DNA of 64,000 nucleotides from Candidatus Pelagibacter sp. (GTDB lineage: Bacteria; Pseudomonadota; Alphaproteobacteria; Pelagibacterales; Pelagibacteraceae). Within the stretch, counting starts at the first letter, position 1, and each line of letters begins with the position of its first letter. The stretch is from positions 6,299-70,298 of the forward strand of contig NZ_JBNGZH010000029.1 of NCBI RefSeq assembly GCF_052049775.1, written 5' to 3'. Shown piece by piece: positions 41,022-51,473 of this stretch. A model generated the notes under the pieces. The model saw nothing but the letters and a program-made list of their open reading frames with translations. It did no database searches and was not told the DNA's origin. Both the position numbers and the translations under genes were made by a program.

Positions 41022-41824
41022 TAAAGTATGTCTTCAAGATCATCATCCTCTTGAATTTTGTCATTTTCATGTTGTTTTTTTAATTTTTGAAAATGAAAAA
41101 AGCTAATTGGTAATAAAAGTACATAAACTAAAGAACTTATTGCAATTACATTGAATGTATAAACTAACAATAGTCCAAAAAATAGAACTATACCAAATAA
41201 TAAAAATATTGTTGTCTTTCTTGGTATGACAATTTTTTTAAATGAATAACTCGGAAATTTACTAATCAGAAGCAATGATGTTACCACAAAAAATATTGGA
41301 ACAATGATATTAAAATTTAATTGAATATAATCAAAACCACTCAGGCTTATTATTAGCGGAGTTAATAGTAATATAGCACCTGCTGGAGATGGCACTCCTT
41401 CAAAAAAGTTATCTTTCCAGGAAGGTTCTTGATTAGAATTAACATTAAATCTTGCTAATCTTAAGGCAACACAAATTACATAAACTAAACATAGTAACCA
41501 TCCAAATCGACCTAAGGTATTTAATTTCCAGAAATACATAATGAATGCTGGAGCAACCCCAAAACTTATTACATCCGTCAAAGAATCTAATTCTTTTCCA
41601 ACCTTTGACGTTCCTTTTATAAGTCTTGCTATTCTTCCATCTAAGCCATCAATCAAAGCAGCAAAAATTATTGCAATAATTGCTATTTCAAATCTCCCAT
41701 CCAAAGCAAATCGAATTGAACTCAAACCAATGCATACACCCATCAGGGTTAACATATTTGGTAAAATCATTCTTGCGCTTTTTTTATCCGCTACAATTTT
41801 AAGATTTGGTTTTTTTTGTTCCAT
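41021..41824 (-). CDS. pssA: CDP-diacylglycerol-serine O-phosphatidyltransferase
   Basis: DGLDGRIAR..G..LDSLTDVISFG (CDP-alcohol phosphotransferase motif) and RLARFN; start taken at ATG 41824. Confidence 0.95.
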   Translation of the reverse strand: MEQKKPNLKIVADKKSARMILPNMLTLMGVCIGLSSIRFALDGRFEIAIIAIIFAALIDGLDGRIARLIKGTSKVGKELDSLTDVISFGVAPAFIMYFWKLNTLGRFGWLLCLVYVICVALRLARFNVNSNQEPSWKDNFFEGVPSPAGAILLLTPLIISLSGFDYIQLNFNIIVPIFFVVTSLLLISKFPSYSFKKIVIPRKTTIFLLFGIVLFFGLLLVYTFNVIAISSLVYVLLLPISFFHFQKLKKQHENDKIQEDDDLEDIL

Positions 41825-41825
41825 A

Positions 41826-42473
41826 TTATTTTTTTGCAAGTAATGTCTCACCTGAAATAGCTTTTTGACCAACTTTTACAAGTGGCTCATAATTTTCATA
41901 ATAGATATCAGCTCTACTACCAAATCGTATCATGCCAATACGATCTCCTTGTTTCAAATCTTGATCTTTGTTTGATTCACAAACTATTCTTCGTGCAACC
42001 AGTCCAGCTATCTGAACAACTATAATATCATTGTTGTGAGGGTCTTTAATTTTAAAGTAATTTCTTTCATTATCCTCACTTGCTTTATCTAATGAAGCAT
42101 TTACAAACTTGCCAGGTTTATATAAAATTTCCTCAATCTTCCCAGCACATGGAGTTCTGTTTACATGACAATCAAAAACATTCATGAAAACACTAATCTT
42201 TTTAAATCTTTTATTCTCTAGACCAAGTTCTTTAGGCCCATCAACTTCTTCAACTTTAATCACCTCACCATCTGCTGGGCTAACAAGATAATTATCATCA
42301 TCGATAATAACTCTCTCTGGATCTCTAAAAAAATAATAAACCCAAATAGTTAAGACCAAACCAATAAGACCTAAGAAATTACTAAAAATATAAAATACTA
42401 TTGTGATTATTCCGGCTATAACTAAAAATTTATAACCTTCAGCGTGAATTTTTGGAAATATCTTACTAAACAT
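41826..42473 (-). CDS. psd: Phosphatidylserine decarboxylase proenzyme
   Basis: FFRDPER, SPADG, VFDCHVNR and self-cleavage motif RFGSR. Confidence 0.96.
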   Translation of the reverse strand: MFSKIFPKIHAEGYKFLVIAGIITIVFYIFSNFLGLIGLVLTIWVYYFFRDPERVIIDDDNYLVSPADGEVIKVEEVDGPKELGLENKRFKKISVFMNVFDCHVNRTPCAGKIEEILYKPGKFVNASLDKASEDNERNYFKIKDPHNNDIIVVQIAGLVARRIVCESNKDQDLKQGDRIGMIRFGSRADIYYENYEPLVKVGQKAISGETLLAKK

Positions 42474-42547
42474 ATTCTTCTATTTGATAATTTGTCATTA
42501 ATATGTATATAAAATCGCGAAATTCAATTATTAAGATAAAAATATAA

Positions 42548-43762
42548 GTGAGCAAAATTAGCGTTAAAAACCCAATTGTAGAGTTAGACGGCGATGAAAT
42601 GACCAGAATAATCTGGGAATTTATTAAGAAAAAATTGATACTTCCGTATTTAGATCTTGGCATCGAATATTACGATTTAGGAATGAAAAGTAGAGATGAC
42701 TCTGATGATCAAATCACTATCGACTCCGCTAATGCAATTAAAAAAATTGGTGTCGGTATCAAATGTGCAACCATAACTCCAGATGAAGCAAGAGTTGAAG
42801 AGTTTAAATTAAAGAAAATGTGGAGATCTCCAAACGGAACTATCCGGAATATTATTGGAGGAACTGTATTTAGAGAACCCATAATTTGTTCTAATATTCC
42901 AAAACTCGTACCCTCTTGGTCAGACCCAGTAGTGATTGGGAGACATGCATTTGGAGATCAATATAGAGCAACTGATTTCAAAGTGCCTGGCAAAGGTAAG
43001 ATGGAAGTAAAATGGACCTCTGAAGATGGTAAAGATGAAATTAAATATGAAGTATTTAATTTTACAGGACCAGGGGTTGCACTCTCAATGTATAATTTAG
43101 ATAAATCAATCGAGGATTTCGCAAGATCCTGTTTTAGTTATGGATTAATTAAGAATTGGCCAGTTTACTTATCAACTAAAAATACAATTCTAAAAAAATA
43201 CGATGGGAGATTTAAAGATATATTTGAGGAGGTCTATAATAAAGAATTCAAGAAAAAATTTGAGGATGCAAAAATTACTTATGAACACAGGTTAATTGAT
43301 GACATGGTAGCGTGTGCAATGAAATGGAGTGGCAAGTATATATGGGCATGTAAAAATTATGATGGTGATGTTCAATCAGATACCATGGCTCAAGGATATG
43401 GTTCACTTGGTTTAATGACCAGTACACTGCTTACACCTGATGGAAAAATAATGGAGGCAGAAGCAGCTCACGGAACAGTAACTAGACATTATAGAATGCA
43501 CCAACAAGGTAAAGAAACTTCAACCAATCCAATTGCCTCAATTTTTGCATGGACGAGAGGATTAGCACACAGAGGAAAACTTGATGGTAATGAAGAACTT
43601 ATCAAATTTGCTAATACAATTGAAAAAGTTTGTATTGAAAGTGTTGAAAATGGCTCCATGACAAAAGATCTTGCATTATTGGTTGGGCCTTCAAGCAAAT
43701 ATTTAACAACCAATCAATTTCTGGATGTAATTGATAACAATCTTAAACAGAAGCTAAATTAA
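42548..43762 (+). CDS. icd: NADP-dependent isocitrate dehydrogenase (eukaryote-like homodimeric type)
   Basis: [35 protein letters not shown] and [11 protein letters not shown]. Confidence 0.98.
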   Translation: MSKISVKNPIVELDGDEMTRIIWEFIKKKLILPYLDLGIEYYDLGMKSRDDSDDQITIDSANAIKKIGVGIKCATITPDEARVEEFKLKKMWRSPNGTIRNIIGGTVFREPIICSNIPKLVPSWSDPVVIGRHAFGDQYRATDFKVPGKGKMEVKWTSEDGKDEIKYEVFNFTGPGVALSMYNLDKSIEDFARSCFSYGLIKNWPVYLSTKNTILKKYDGRFKDIFEEVYNKEFKKKFEDAKITYEHRLIDDMVACAMKWSGKYIWACKNYDGDVQSDTMAQGYGSLGLMTSTLLTPDGKIMEAEAAHGTVTRHYRMHQQGKETSTNPIASIFAWTRGLAHRGKLDGNEELIKFANTIEKVCIESVENGSMTKDLALLVGPSSKYLTTNQFLDVIDNNLKQKLN

Positions 43763-46420
43763 AGACTTTAGTTTTTCAAAAGCCTCATCAATTTTGTCTT
43801 TATCCTGTCCCCCTGCTTGGGCAAAATCTTTTCGGCCACCCCCACCTTTGCCACCAATAATTTCTGAACCTAATTTTGCAAATTTTACAGCATCATATTT
43901 ATCAACTAGCTTTTCAGTAACACCAACTCCTAAACCAACTTTATCTTCACTACTTGCAAAGACAATTATAATTCCATCGCCAAGTTCTTTTTTTCCATTA
44001 TCAACTAATTTTCTCAAATCTTTAGGAGGTAAATCTTGAACTTTTTGAAATCGAACTTTTATATCCTTTATTTTTTGATCATTAATAATATTTTTTGTTT
44101 TATCTTGAAGAACTGAATTAACATTTAATTGTTCAAGTTGTTTTGAAAGATTTTTTATAATTTCTTTTAAATCTTTATTATCAACTTTCGGTTTACCTCC
44201 AAATTTGATTATTTGTGATGACAAATTTTTGATAGTCTCCTCATCTTTTTTTACAGATAAAGTTGAGAGCTTTTCTTTATTCTTAATAAAATCTTCAAGC
44301 TGTTTGTCTCTTAAAGCTTCAACTCTTCTTACTCCTGCAGCAATTGATGATTGACTAATTGTCTTAAATTTTCCAATATCTCCGGTGTTTTTTACATGTG
44401 TTCCGCCGCATAATTCCGTTGAAAAATAAGCATCTTTTTCCTTACCCATTGAAACGACACGAACTTCTTCGCCGTATTTTTCACCAAAAAAAGCTAGTGC
44501 TCCCTTTTCTATTGCAGCTTTAGGTGTCATAATTCTTGTGGTCACTTCAGAACCATTTTTAACGTATTCGTTAACTAATTTATCTATTGTCTCTAATTCT
44601 TCATTAGTAATCGGTTTCATGTGACTAAAGTCAAACCTCAAACGATCTGGTGCAACTAATGATCCTTTTTGCATCACGTGCTTACCTAAAGTTCTTCTTA
44701 AAGACTCATGAAGTAAGTGAGTTGCAGAATGATAAGCTTTTAAATTATTTCTTCTTTCAACATCAATTTTCATTTCAACTACATCATTAATTTTAATTTC
44801 TCCAGTTTTAACTGATCCATAATGAACAAATAAATCTCCAAGTTTTTTTTGTGTGTCCTCAACTTCAAATACAGAATTTCCAGAAACTATTGTGCCTTTA
44901 TCACCAAGTTGTCCTCCTGACTCACCATAAAAAGGAGTTTGATTAGTTATAATCATTCCTTCTTCTCCAGTAGCTAATGATTTTGACTCCTGATTGTTTT
45001 TTATTAAGTTTAACACTACTCCCTCAGATTGATTAGACTCGTAACCCAAAAATTCTGTAGGACCAGTTTTATCTTTAATTGAAAACCAAATTGCTTCTTC
45101 TGAGCTGTCCCCAGATCCTTTCCAATTCTTTTTTGCAAGTTCTTTGCTTTTTTTCATCAACTCATCAAATTTTTGATGGTCAACTTTTAATAATTTATTT
45201 TTTAAAATATCTTCTGTGAGATCTAATGGAAAACCATAAGTGTCATACAATTTAAAAGCTACTTCACCTGATAACACTTTATCAATTTTGGAAATTTCAT
45301 CATTTAGAATTTTAATTCCTCGATCAAGTAAAACTAAAAATTTTTCTTCTTCCATTTTTAATGTTTCAGTTATCAAAGATTCAGATCGCTCTAACTCTGG
45401 ATAATTTCCAGACATTTCATTTTTTAAAGATTCAAAAATTTTGTAAAAAATAGGTTCTTTTGATCCTAATAAATGAGAATGCCTCATACCTCTTCTCATA
45501 ATTCTTCTTAAGACATATCCACGACCTTCATTAGATGGTAGAACACCTTCAGCTAAAAGAAATGAACTTGCTCTTAAGTGATCAGCAATTACTCTAAAAC
45601 TTGATATGTTATTATCAGCTTGTTTAACTTTAGTTACATCTGATATCGAATTTATTAATTTCTTAAAATGATCAGTTTGATAATTGTCGTGTGTGCCTTG
45701 TAAAAGAGCGGCTATTCTCTCCAATCCCATTCCGGTATCTACAGATGGTTTAGGTAAATCTATTCTTTTATCTTTTGAAACTTGTTCATATTGCATAAAT
45801 ACCAAGTTCCAAATTTCAATAAAACGATCTCCATCTTGATCCTTTGTTCCTGGTAAACCACCTTTTAAATGATCGCCATGATCGTAGAATATTTCTGAGC
45901 AAGGTCCACAAGGACCTGTTTCGCCCATTGACCAGAAATTATCTAATGTCGAAATTCTGATAATTTTATCATCGCTAAAACCCGCTATTTTCTTCCAAAA
46001 ATTGAAGGCTTCATCATCTTCATGGAAAACTGTTACGTAAAGTCTATTTTTATCTAAACCAAAATCTTTAGTGATTAAATTCCATGCAAGTTCAATTCCT
46101 CTTTCTTTAAAATAGTCCCCGAAAGAAAAATTTCCCAACATTTCAAAAAAAGTATGGTGTCTTGGGGTATAACCAACATTTTCTAAATCATTATGTTTAC
46201 CTCCTGCTCTGACACATTTTTGCGAAGTGGTAGCTCTTTGATAATCTCTTTTTTCTAAACCAGTAAATACGTTCTTGAACTGAACCATTCCAGAATTAGC
46301 AAACATTAATGTCGGATCATTATTTGGAACTAAATTACTAGACTCAACAATCTTATGATCATTCTTTTCAAAATATTTTAAGAACGTACTTCTTATTTCA
46401 TTTAATGATTTATCCGCCAT
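43754..46420 (-). CDS. alaS: Alanine-tRNA ligase
   Basis: [51 protein letters not shown] and [10 protein letters not shown]. Confidence 0.99.
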   Translation of the reverse strand: MADKSLNEIRSTFLKYFEKNDHKIVESSNLVPNNDPTLMFANSGMVQFKNVFTGLEKRDYQRATTSQKCVRAGGKHNDLENVGYTPRHHTFFEMLGNFSFGDYFKERGIELAWNLITKDFGLDKNRLYVTVFHEDDEAFNFWKKIAGFSDDKIIRISTLDNFWSMGETGPCGPCSEIFYDHGDHLKGGLPGTKDQDGDRFIEIWNLVFMQYEQVSKDKRIDLPKPSVDTGMGLERIAALLQGTHDNYQTDHFKKLINSISDVTKVKQADNNISSFRVIADHLRASSFLLAEGVLPSNEGRGYVLRRIMRRGMRHSHLLGSKEPIFYKIFESLKNEMSGNYPELERSESLITETLKMEEEKFLVLLDRGIKILNDEISKIDKVLSGEVAFKLYDTYGFPLDLTEDILKNKLLKVDHQKFDELMKKSKELAKKNWKGSGDSSEEAIWFSIKDKTGPTEFLGYESNQSEGVVLNLIKNNQESKSLATGEEGMIITNQTPFYGESGGQLGDKGTIVSGNSVFEVEDTQKKLGDLFVHYGSVKTGEIKINDVVEMKIDVERRNNLKAYHSATHLLHESLRRTLGKHVMQKGSLVAPDRLRFDFSHMKPITNEELETIDKLVNEYVKNGSEVTTRIMTPKAAIEKGALAFFGEKYGEEVRVVSMGKEKDAYFSTELCGGTHVKNTGDIGKFKTISQSSIAAGVRRVEALRDKQLEDFIKNKEKLSTLSVKKDEETIKNLSSQIIKFGGKPKVDNKDLKEIIKNLSKQLEQLNVNSVLQDKTKNIINDQKIKDIKVRFQKVQDLPPKDLRKLVDNGKKELGDGIIIVFASSEDKVGLGVGVTEKLVDKYDAVKFAKLGSEIIGGKGGGGRKDFAQAGGQDKDKIDEAFEKLKSLI

Positions 46421-46471
46421 ACTTTAAAATACAGCTTTTTTATTCTATGTCTAGTTAGGGATAAAGGGGGG

Positions 46472-46494
46472 AAGGCGCTTATTACAAGCGCCTT
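46472..46494. terminator. GC-rich hairpin between recA and alaS
   Basis: AAGGCGCTT-ATTAC-AAGCGCCTT, a perfect 9-bp stem. Confidence 0.55.
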
Positions 46495-46520
46495 TTATAA
46501 TTTAAAGATGACCTTTAATT

Positions 46521-47669
46521 TTAGTTCTTTTTAGAAGGAGTAGCTTCTTTTGCAGCCTCTTCTTTTTCAGCTACTTTCTTCTCTTTTTCAATTTTTTCAG
46601 GACTTAATGGATTTCCTTCAATTTTCTTTGAAATCACACCTGCTTTTTCTCTAATTGCCATTTCTATTTCTGCAGCAACTTTAGGATTTTGAGCAAGGTA
46701 AGTTTTTGCATTTTCTCTACCTTGACCTATTTTTTCACCTTTATAAGCATACCATGCTCCTGATTTTTCAATAATGTCAGCTTTAGCACCTAGGTCAACT
46801 AACTCACCCATTTTACTAATTCCTCTGCCATACATTAAGTCAAACTCAACAACTTTAAATGGTGGTGCAACTTTATTCTTAACTACTTTCACTCTTGTAG
46901 TGTTTCCGATAATTTCATCTTTATCTTTGATAGCACCAATTCTTCTAATATCCATTCTTACAGATGAATAAAACTTCAGCGCATTTCCACCTGATGTTGT
47001 TTCTGGACTTCCAAACATAACTCCAATTTTCATTCTAATTTGGTTAATGAAAATCATCATTGTGTTTGTATTTGAAATTGAACCAGTTAATTTTCTTAAA
47101 GCCTGACTCATTAATCTTGATTGAAGACCAACATGATGATCACCCATCTCACCTTCAATTTCAGCTTTTGGAGTTAAAGCTGCAACAGAGTCAATTACGA
47201 TAACTGAAATAGAGCCTGATTTTACTAGCGTATCAGCGATTTCTAGAGCTTGCTCACCTGCATCTGGTTGAGAAATTAAAAGCTCCTCAGTATTCACTCC
47301 TAATTTTTTCGCATAGACTGGATCTAAAGCATGCTCCGCATCAACGAATGCACAAATTCCACCGGCCTTTTGAGCTTCAGCAACTACTTGTAATGCTAAT
47401 GTTGTTTTTCCAGAACTCTCCGGTCCATAAACTTCAATAATTCTTCCTTTAGGTAAACCACCTATTCCTAAAGCTAAATCTAAACTTAAAGAACCTGTAG
47501 ATATCGACTCGATATCCATCGCTCTTTTTTCGCCCAGTTTCATAACTGAACCTTTTCCAAAATTGTCAGTTATCTGGCTAATCGCAGCATCTAAAGCTTT
47601 GTTTTTTTCTTTAATATCCAATTCTTGATCTTTCGTAGATTTAACTACTTTTAAGTTATTTTTTGTCAT
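46521..47669 (-). CDS. recA: Recombinase A
   Basis: [33 protein letters not shown] and [10 protein letters not shown]. Confidence 0.99.
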   Translation of the reverse strand: MTKNNLKVVKSTKDQELDIKEKNKALDAAISQITDNFGKGSVMKLGEKRAMDIESISTGSLSLDLALGIGGLPKGRIIEVYGPESSGKTTLALQVVAEAQKAGGICAFVDAEHALDPVYAKKLGVNTEELLISQPDAGEQALEIADTLVKSGSISVIVIDSVAALTPKAEIEGEMGDHHVGLQSRLMSQALRKLTGSISNTNTMMIFINQIRMKIGVMFGSPETTSGGNALKFYSSVRMDIRRIGAIKDKDEIIGNTTRVKVVKNKVAPPFKVVEFDLMYGRGISKMGELVDLGAKADIIEKSGAWYAYKGEKIGQGRENAKTYLAQNPKVAAEIEMAIREKAGVISKKIEGNPLSPEKIEKEKKVAEKEEAAKEATPSKKN

Positions 47670-47715
47670 TTTTTGCCTCTTTTCTTGCTTTTTTTAACAC
47701 TCGAATCATAGAATA

Positions 47716-47743
47716 AATGTACACATTTTGTTCTCATTGGCAA
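47716..47743 (-). promoter_or_regulatory. recA promoter with an alphaproteobacterial LexA (SOS) box
   Basis: Minus strand TTGCCA-N16-TACATT (-35/-10) containing GAAC-AAAATGT-GTAC (47733-47719), which fits GAAC-N7-GAAC/GTAC. Confidence 0.7.
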
Positions 47744-47775
47744 GATATTTTATTTTTCCTCAAAAAAACCAATAA

Positions 47776-49071
47776 TTATCTTATTTTTAAGTAATCGCTG
47801 TTTAGCAACCCTAAGGACTTTAACAAATTAAACTGAGATAAAATGTAATTTCTCTCAGAATCTGCCAAAGAAATTTGAGCATTCAAAAGTAATGAGTTGG
47901 ATTGAATGACCTCTAAAGTTGTTCTTCCTGCTCCACTATTATATTCAGCAGTAATTCCCTCATTGGCAATTTCAGCAGCTTTAACTTGGGATTGAACAGA
48001 ATTAAGTAAACTTCTATTAGATTGATAATTAGACCAGGCGCTAGCGACATCAGTTTGATTTTGTTTTACGGCACTATCTAAAATCAATCTTTTTCTATTT
48101 TCTAAACTTTGATTTTTTTTATATTTAGCAATGTTTTTACCACCTGAAAAAAAAGGCCACGAAACAGTTGCTTTAACAGTATCTTTTTCTCTCTCATCAT
48201 AAGTTGTATTTAAATCTTCAGTATATGATCTTTCAAAAGATAATTTCGCAGTAGGTGCTAAATCTGATTTAGCTATCGATTTATCTTTAATAGATTGTTC
48301 ATACTCTAACTTTGCAATTATTAAATCAGGATTATTTTTCTTTGAAAGCTCAATGGCTGAATTAAGATCTCCTGGGAGTTCATAATTAATAATTGAACTT
48401 TTATCTAATGATTGCGCATCATTAATGCTACCTATGATATTTTCATAATTTAATTTACTGGTTAATAAATCATTTTGTGCTTTAATAAATTGTGCCTCAG
48501 CGCCTGCTAAAGAAGACTCTGATTGAGAAACATCTGATAAAGAAATTTGACCTCTGCTAAGTCTAATTCTATCAGTTTCAACTTGTCTGCTTAAAAGCTC
48601 AACATTTGTTCTATTAATTTCCAACTTTTCATTTGCCGAAATTAACCCAGTATAAGCCTCGGTAGTTTTATATAAGATATCTTGTTCTTTTTTTAATAAT
48701 TTTGCTTTTGCAAGATCAATACCTATCTTATTTTTTACAAGATCTGCACCTCTACCAAAATCTATCAAAGTTTGCGTAATTGAAACTGATCTTGTTGATG
48801 GATCCACATCACTAATTGAAGCATCTCCCCCACTTTGATTAGTAAGTTTTGTGGTATCCTCCTGACTTTTAGTTCCCTCAAGTGTAATGGTTGGTAAATA
48901 AGATCCTTTTGCTATATTTAGATCTTGCTCGGAAACATTAATATTTTCTCTTTCTGCGTTCAGTTCTGAGTTATTTTTATATGCTTTTGATAAAGCACTA
49001 GAAAAGGTTTCTGCATTAACTTTTGAAAATAAAAAGAATGTACCAAAAAAAATTAAAATTATTTTTTTCAT
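47776..49071 (-). CDS. tolC: TolC-family outer membrane channel
   Basis: Signal peptide, A...N.EL, SYLPTITL, GRTTLEVI and repeated OEP halves. Confidence 0.9.
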   Translation of the reverse strand: MKKIILIFFGTFFLFSKVNAETFSSALSKAYKNNSELNAERENINVSEQDLNIAKGSYLPTITLEGTKSQEDTTKLTNQSGGDASISDVDPSTRSVSITQTLIDFGRGADLVKNKIGIDLAKAKLLKKEQDILYKTTEAYTGLISANEKLEINRTNVELLSRQVETDRIRLSRGQISLSDVSQSESSLAGAEAQFIKAQNDLLTSKLNYENIIGSINDAQSLDKSSIINYELPGDLNSAIELSKKNNPDLIIAKLEYEQSIKDKSIAKSDLAPTAKLSFERSYTEDLNTTYDEREKDTVKATVSWPFFSGGKNIAKYKKNQSLENRKRLILDSAVKQNQTDVASAWSNYQSNRSLLNSVQSQVKAAEIANEGITAEYNSGAGRTTLEVIQSNSLLLNAQISLADSERNYILSQFNLLKSLGLLNSDYLKIR

Positions 49072-49997
49072 TTACTTTTATATACTGCAGATTTGATCTG
49101 ATGGTTACTATTTAGATTAAATATTATAGATGCATATTTAGGCATATTTTTAAACATATTCTGAGTTATTCTTTGATATGTCTGCATAAAGTTGATGACA
49201 TCTCCTCTACTCATTATTTTAATGTTCGATTTTACTTTACTTTTCACCCAAAGTTTTCTTTCTTGTTTCAATCTCCATTTCTGAAGCAAACTAAAATTTT
49301 TTGCTCTTAAATAAATCAAGCAATTAAGTTGAGAATATAAGTTTTTGTATTTTGATTTCAATTGCTGGTTCACGTATTTTCTCCAAATTTGTTTTTGATC
49401 TTTAGCTTTTTCAAGAGAATTGATGTTTTTCTTTAAAGTATTATTTTTTTCTGATTTTGCACCAACACACCAACCTTCGAAAATAATTACATCAGGTCTA
49501 ACTTTTAGATCATACCAATTTTTTTTATGAAATCGGTCATCTATTGCTTTGTTAAATGCTGGCAATTTCAGTCTTTTAAATTTTCTATTTTTTGCCTTTC
49601 TAAAAAAACTCAACATCATATTAATATCATGTGTTCCTGGTACTCCTCTGGTTAAAAGCATTGGGTGAATTTTATTAGATAAATTAATTCTCTCTTTTCT
49701 AGTTTTATAAAAATCATCTATTGAAATTCTAAAAACCTTTAGTTTAAAGTACTTTGTCAAAATTATCTTAATGAGTGAACTAATTGTGGTTTTGCCTGTA
49801 CCTTGACCTCCTGCTAAACCCACAAAATAAGGTCTTTTTTTATCAGCTTTTTTACTGATCCAAAAACATAATGGAATTAAGAAAGACTTTATCATTCTTT
49901 CTTTATTCTTAAATTTATCTGCTTTTGTTTCTTGAGATTTAATAAACTTTAAACAATCTTTTTTTACCTTACCAAAGCATAAGCTGAATTGTTGCAT
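49068..49997 (-). CDS. P-loop kinase, D-glycerate 3-kinase (GLYK)/uridine-kinase-like
   Basis: GGQGTGKTT, SIDDFY, TRGVPGTHD, IFEGWCVG and WRLKQE. Confidence 0.75.
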   Translation of the reverse strand: MQQFSLCFGKVKKDCLKFIKSQETKADKFKNKERMIKSFLIPLCFWISKKADKKRPYFVGLAGGQGTGKTTISSLIKIILTKYFKLKVFRISIDDFYKTRKERINLSNKIHPMLLTRGVPGTHDINMMLSFFRKAKNRKFKRLKLPAFNKAIDDRFHKKNWYDLKVRPDVIIFEGWCVGAKSEKNNTLKKNINSLEKAKDQKQIWRKYVNQQLKSKYKNLYSQLNCLIYLRAKNFSLLQKWRLKQERKLWVKSKVKSNIKIMSRGDVINFMQTYQRITQNMFKNMPKYASIIFNLNSNHQIKSAVYKSK

Positions 49998-50002
49998 GAA
50001 AA

Positions 50003-50365
50003 TTATTTCTTATCTAATGGATGATTTTGACCATCATTTACAGGAACTTCTTTCATATCGAAAGTATTTATTTCATCAATACAACCAACATTAAATCCTG
50101 TCATTGCCGGATTAATTCTTGGATTGTGATGTGTGTAGATCCCGCAGTCAGAACAAAAGTAATGTTTAGCTACTTTTGAATGAAATTGATAAAGTTTTAA
50201 TTTATCTTGGCCTTTGGTAATTTTAAAATCTTCATTTTTTACCATTGACATAATTGCTCCTTTTCTTTTGCAAATAGAACAATTACATTTTATTACTTTA
50301 GCTAAATCTCCGTCTAAATTAATTTCTGCTTCTACAGCTCCACAATGGCAAACTAATTTTTTCAT
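50003..50365 (-). CDS. GFA/CENP-V family Zn protein
   Basis: CHCGAV, CNCSIC and FCSDCG. Confidence 0.9.
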   Translation of the reverse strand: MKKLVCHCGAVEAEINLDGDLAKVIKCNCSICKRKGAIMSMVKNEDFKITKGQDKLKLYQFHSKVAKHYFCSDCGIYTHHNPRINPAMTGFNVGCIDEINTFDMKEVPVNDGQNHPLDKK

Positions 50366-50914
50366 TTATAAATCTATCCTATACATTACTTCATTTCTTT
50401 TTAACATTGGTAAAGTAAATGGTGAATTATAGGATGCTCTTATCGGTGGACTTAAAATTGCAATATTATCTTGCTTAAGCTGTTTTTCTAAGATGTCTTT
50501 ATTCTTTAAAAAATTTTGATCTGAAGATCTTCCAGAGTATTTAATAACAGCATAGTACCCACCTTCTATTGTTAAAACCTTTATTTCTGAATTGGATGGC
50601 TTTGGCGTATTGGTTTTATTAAATTTTGAAGGTAGATAAAACTGCATTGTCATGTTTCCATTTTTGACTTCTTGAGTGACAGGAACTGTCATTTTAATTT
50701 CTTTTTTCTCCTCATTGTTTCCTGAAATATAATTAAATAGTTTTCTAAAACCATTACCCTGTATGGAATTTGTTTCAATGACTAAACGATCAGAATATTT
50801 TCTGATTTCATATTCTTTATTTTCTTTTACTATTTCATAATTTGCTTCCTCGTATGCCATAACTTGAGAATTTAAGGTTAGTATTGAAATTAAAATTATT
50901 AAAATTACTCTCAT
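50366..50914 (-). CDS. SOUL heme-binding family protein, exported
   Basis: YEIRKY, FRKLFNYISG.N, IKMTVPV, MQFYLP and YNSPFTLPMLKRNEV; start taken at ATG 50914. Confidence 0.88.
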   Translation of the reverse strand: MRVILIILISILTLNSQVMAYEEANYEIVKENKEYEIRKYSDRLVIETNSIQGNGFRKLFNYISGNNEEKKEIKMTVPVTQEVKNGNMTMQFYLPSKFNKTNTPKPSNSEIKVLTIEGGYYAVIKYSGRSSDQNFLKNKDILEKQLKQDNIAILSPPIRASYNSPFTLPMLKRNEVMYRIDL

Positions 50915-51030
50915 TTGATATCCAATTAAACTATCCTTGGTTAAAGTTATCCACAAGCATACAAAATATAGTTTTGATGTTCACGTTTTGATTCAGTTTT
51001 GATTCAATTACGGACTCAAAATACAACCTA

Positions 51031-51077
51031 TTGACTACATTGTATAACTACGCTACAAATAAGAACAAAACAAGAAC
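51031..51077 (+). promoter_or_regulatory. umuD promoter with a perfect LexA box
   Basis: TTGACT-N17-TACAAA, then GAAC-AAAACAA-GAAC (51063-51077) directly abutting the ATG. Confidence 0.8.
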
Positions 51078-51473
51078 ATGAAGCTGACTATTCCCTATTA
51101 TCTGCATAAAGCTGGCGCTGGTTTTCCATCTCCTGCCACTGATTATATCGAAGAAGATATCGATCTAAACATGCATTTAATCAAAAATGTTCCTGCCACT
51201 TTCATCATCCGAGTACAGGGAAAATCTATGGTCGATGTTGGGATTAATGATGGGGATTTATTAGTTGTCGACAAAAGTTTAAAGCCAAGAAACTTTTCAA
51301 CCGTTATTGCCAATGTTCATGACGAGCTCGTAGTTAAAACTTTAGTTCAAGAAAGAGATAAAAAATTTCTATCCTCAGGCTCTAAAGATTTTTCCAATAG
51401 AATTTTGATAAATGAAGAAGAAGATGTCTTTATTTGGGGGGTTGTGACTTATGTCATCCATTCAACGTACTAA
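51078..51473 (+). CDS. umuD: DNA polymerase V accessory subunit UmuD (S24 peptidase)
   Basis: AG/FPSPA cleavage site, GKSM catalytic Ser, GDLLVVD and VVKT catalytic Lys. Confidence 0.93.
   Translation: MKLTIPYYLHKAGAGFPSPATDYIEEDIDLNMHLIKNVPATFIIRVQGKSMVDVGINDGDLLVVDKSLKPRNFSTVIANVHDELVVKTLVQERDKKFLSSGSKDFSNRILINEEEDVFIWGVVTYVIHSTY

Noticed and set aside
50919-50952. Three GGATA words in the SOUL leader (possible CsrA-like sites)
   Set aside because: The words are short, the spacing is irregular (13 and 16 nt), no hairpin presents them, and no cognate regulator is evident.
50947-50955. Perfect DnaA box TTATCCACA near the umuD/SOUL promoters
   Set aside because: It is a single copy. At roughly 30% GC, about one chance match is expected in 64 kb over both strands, and there is no cluster or oriC context.
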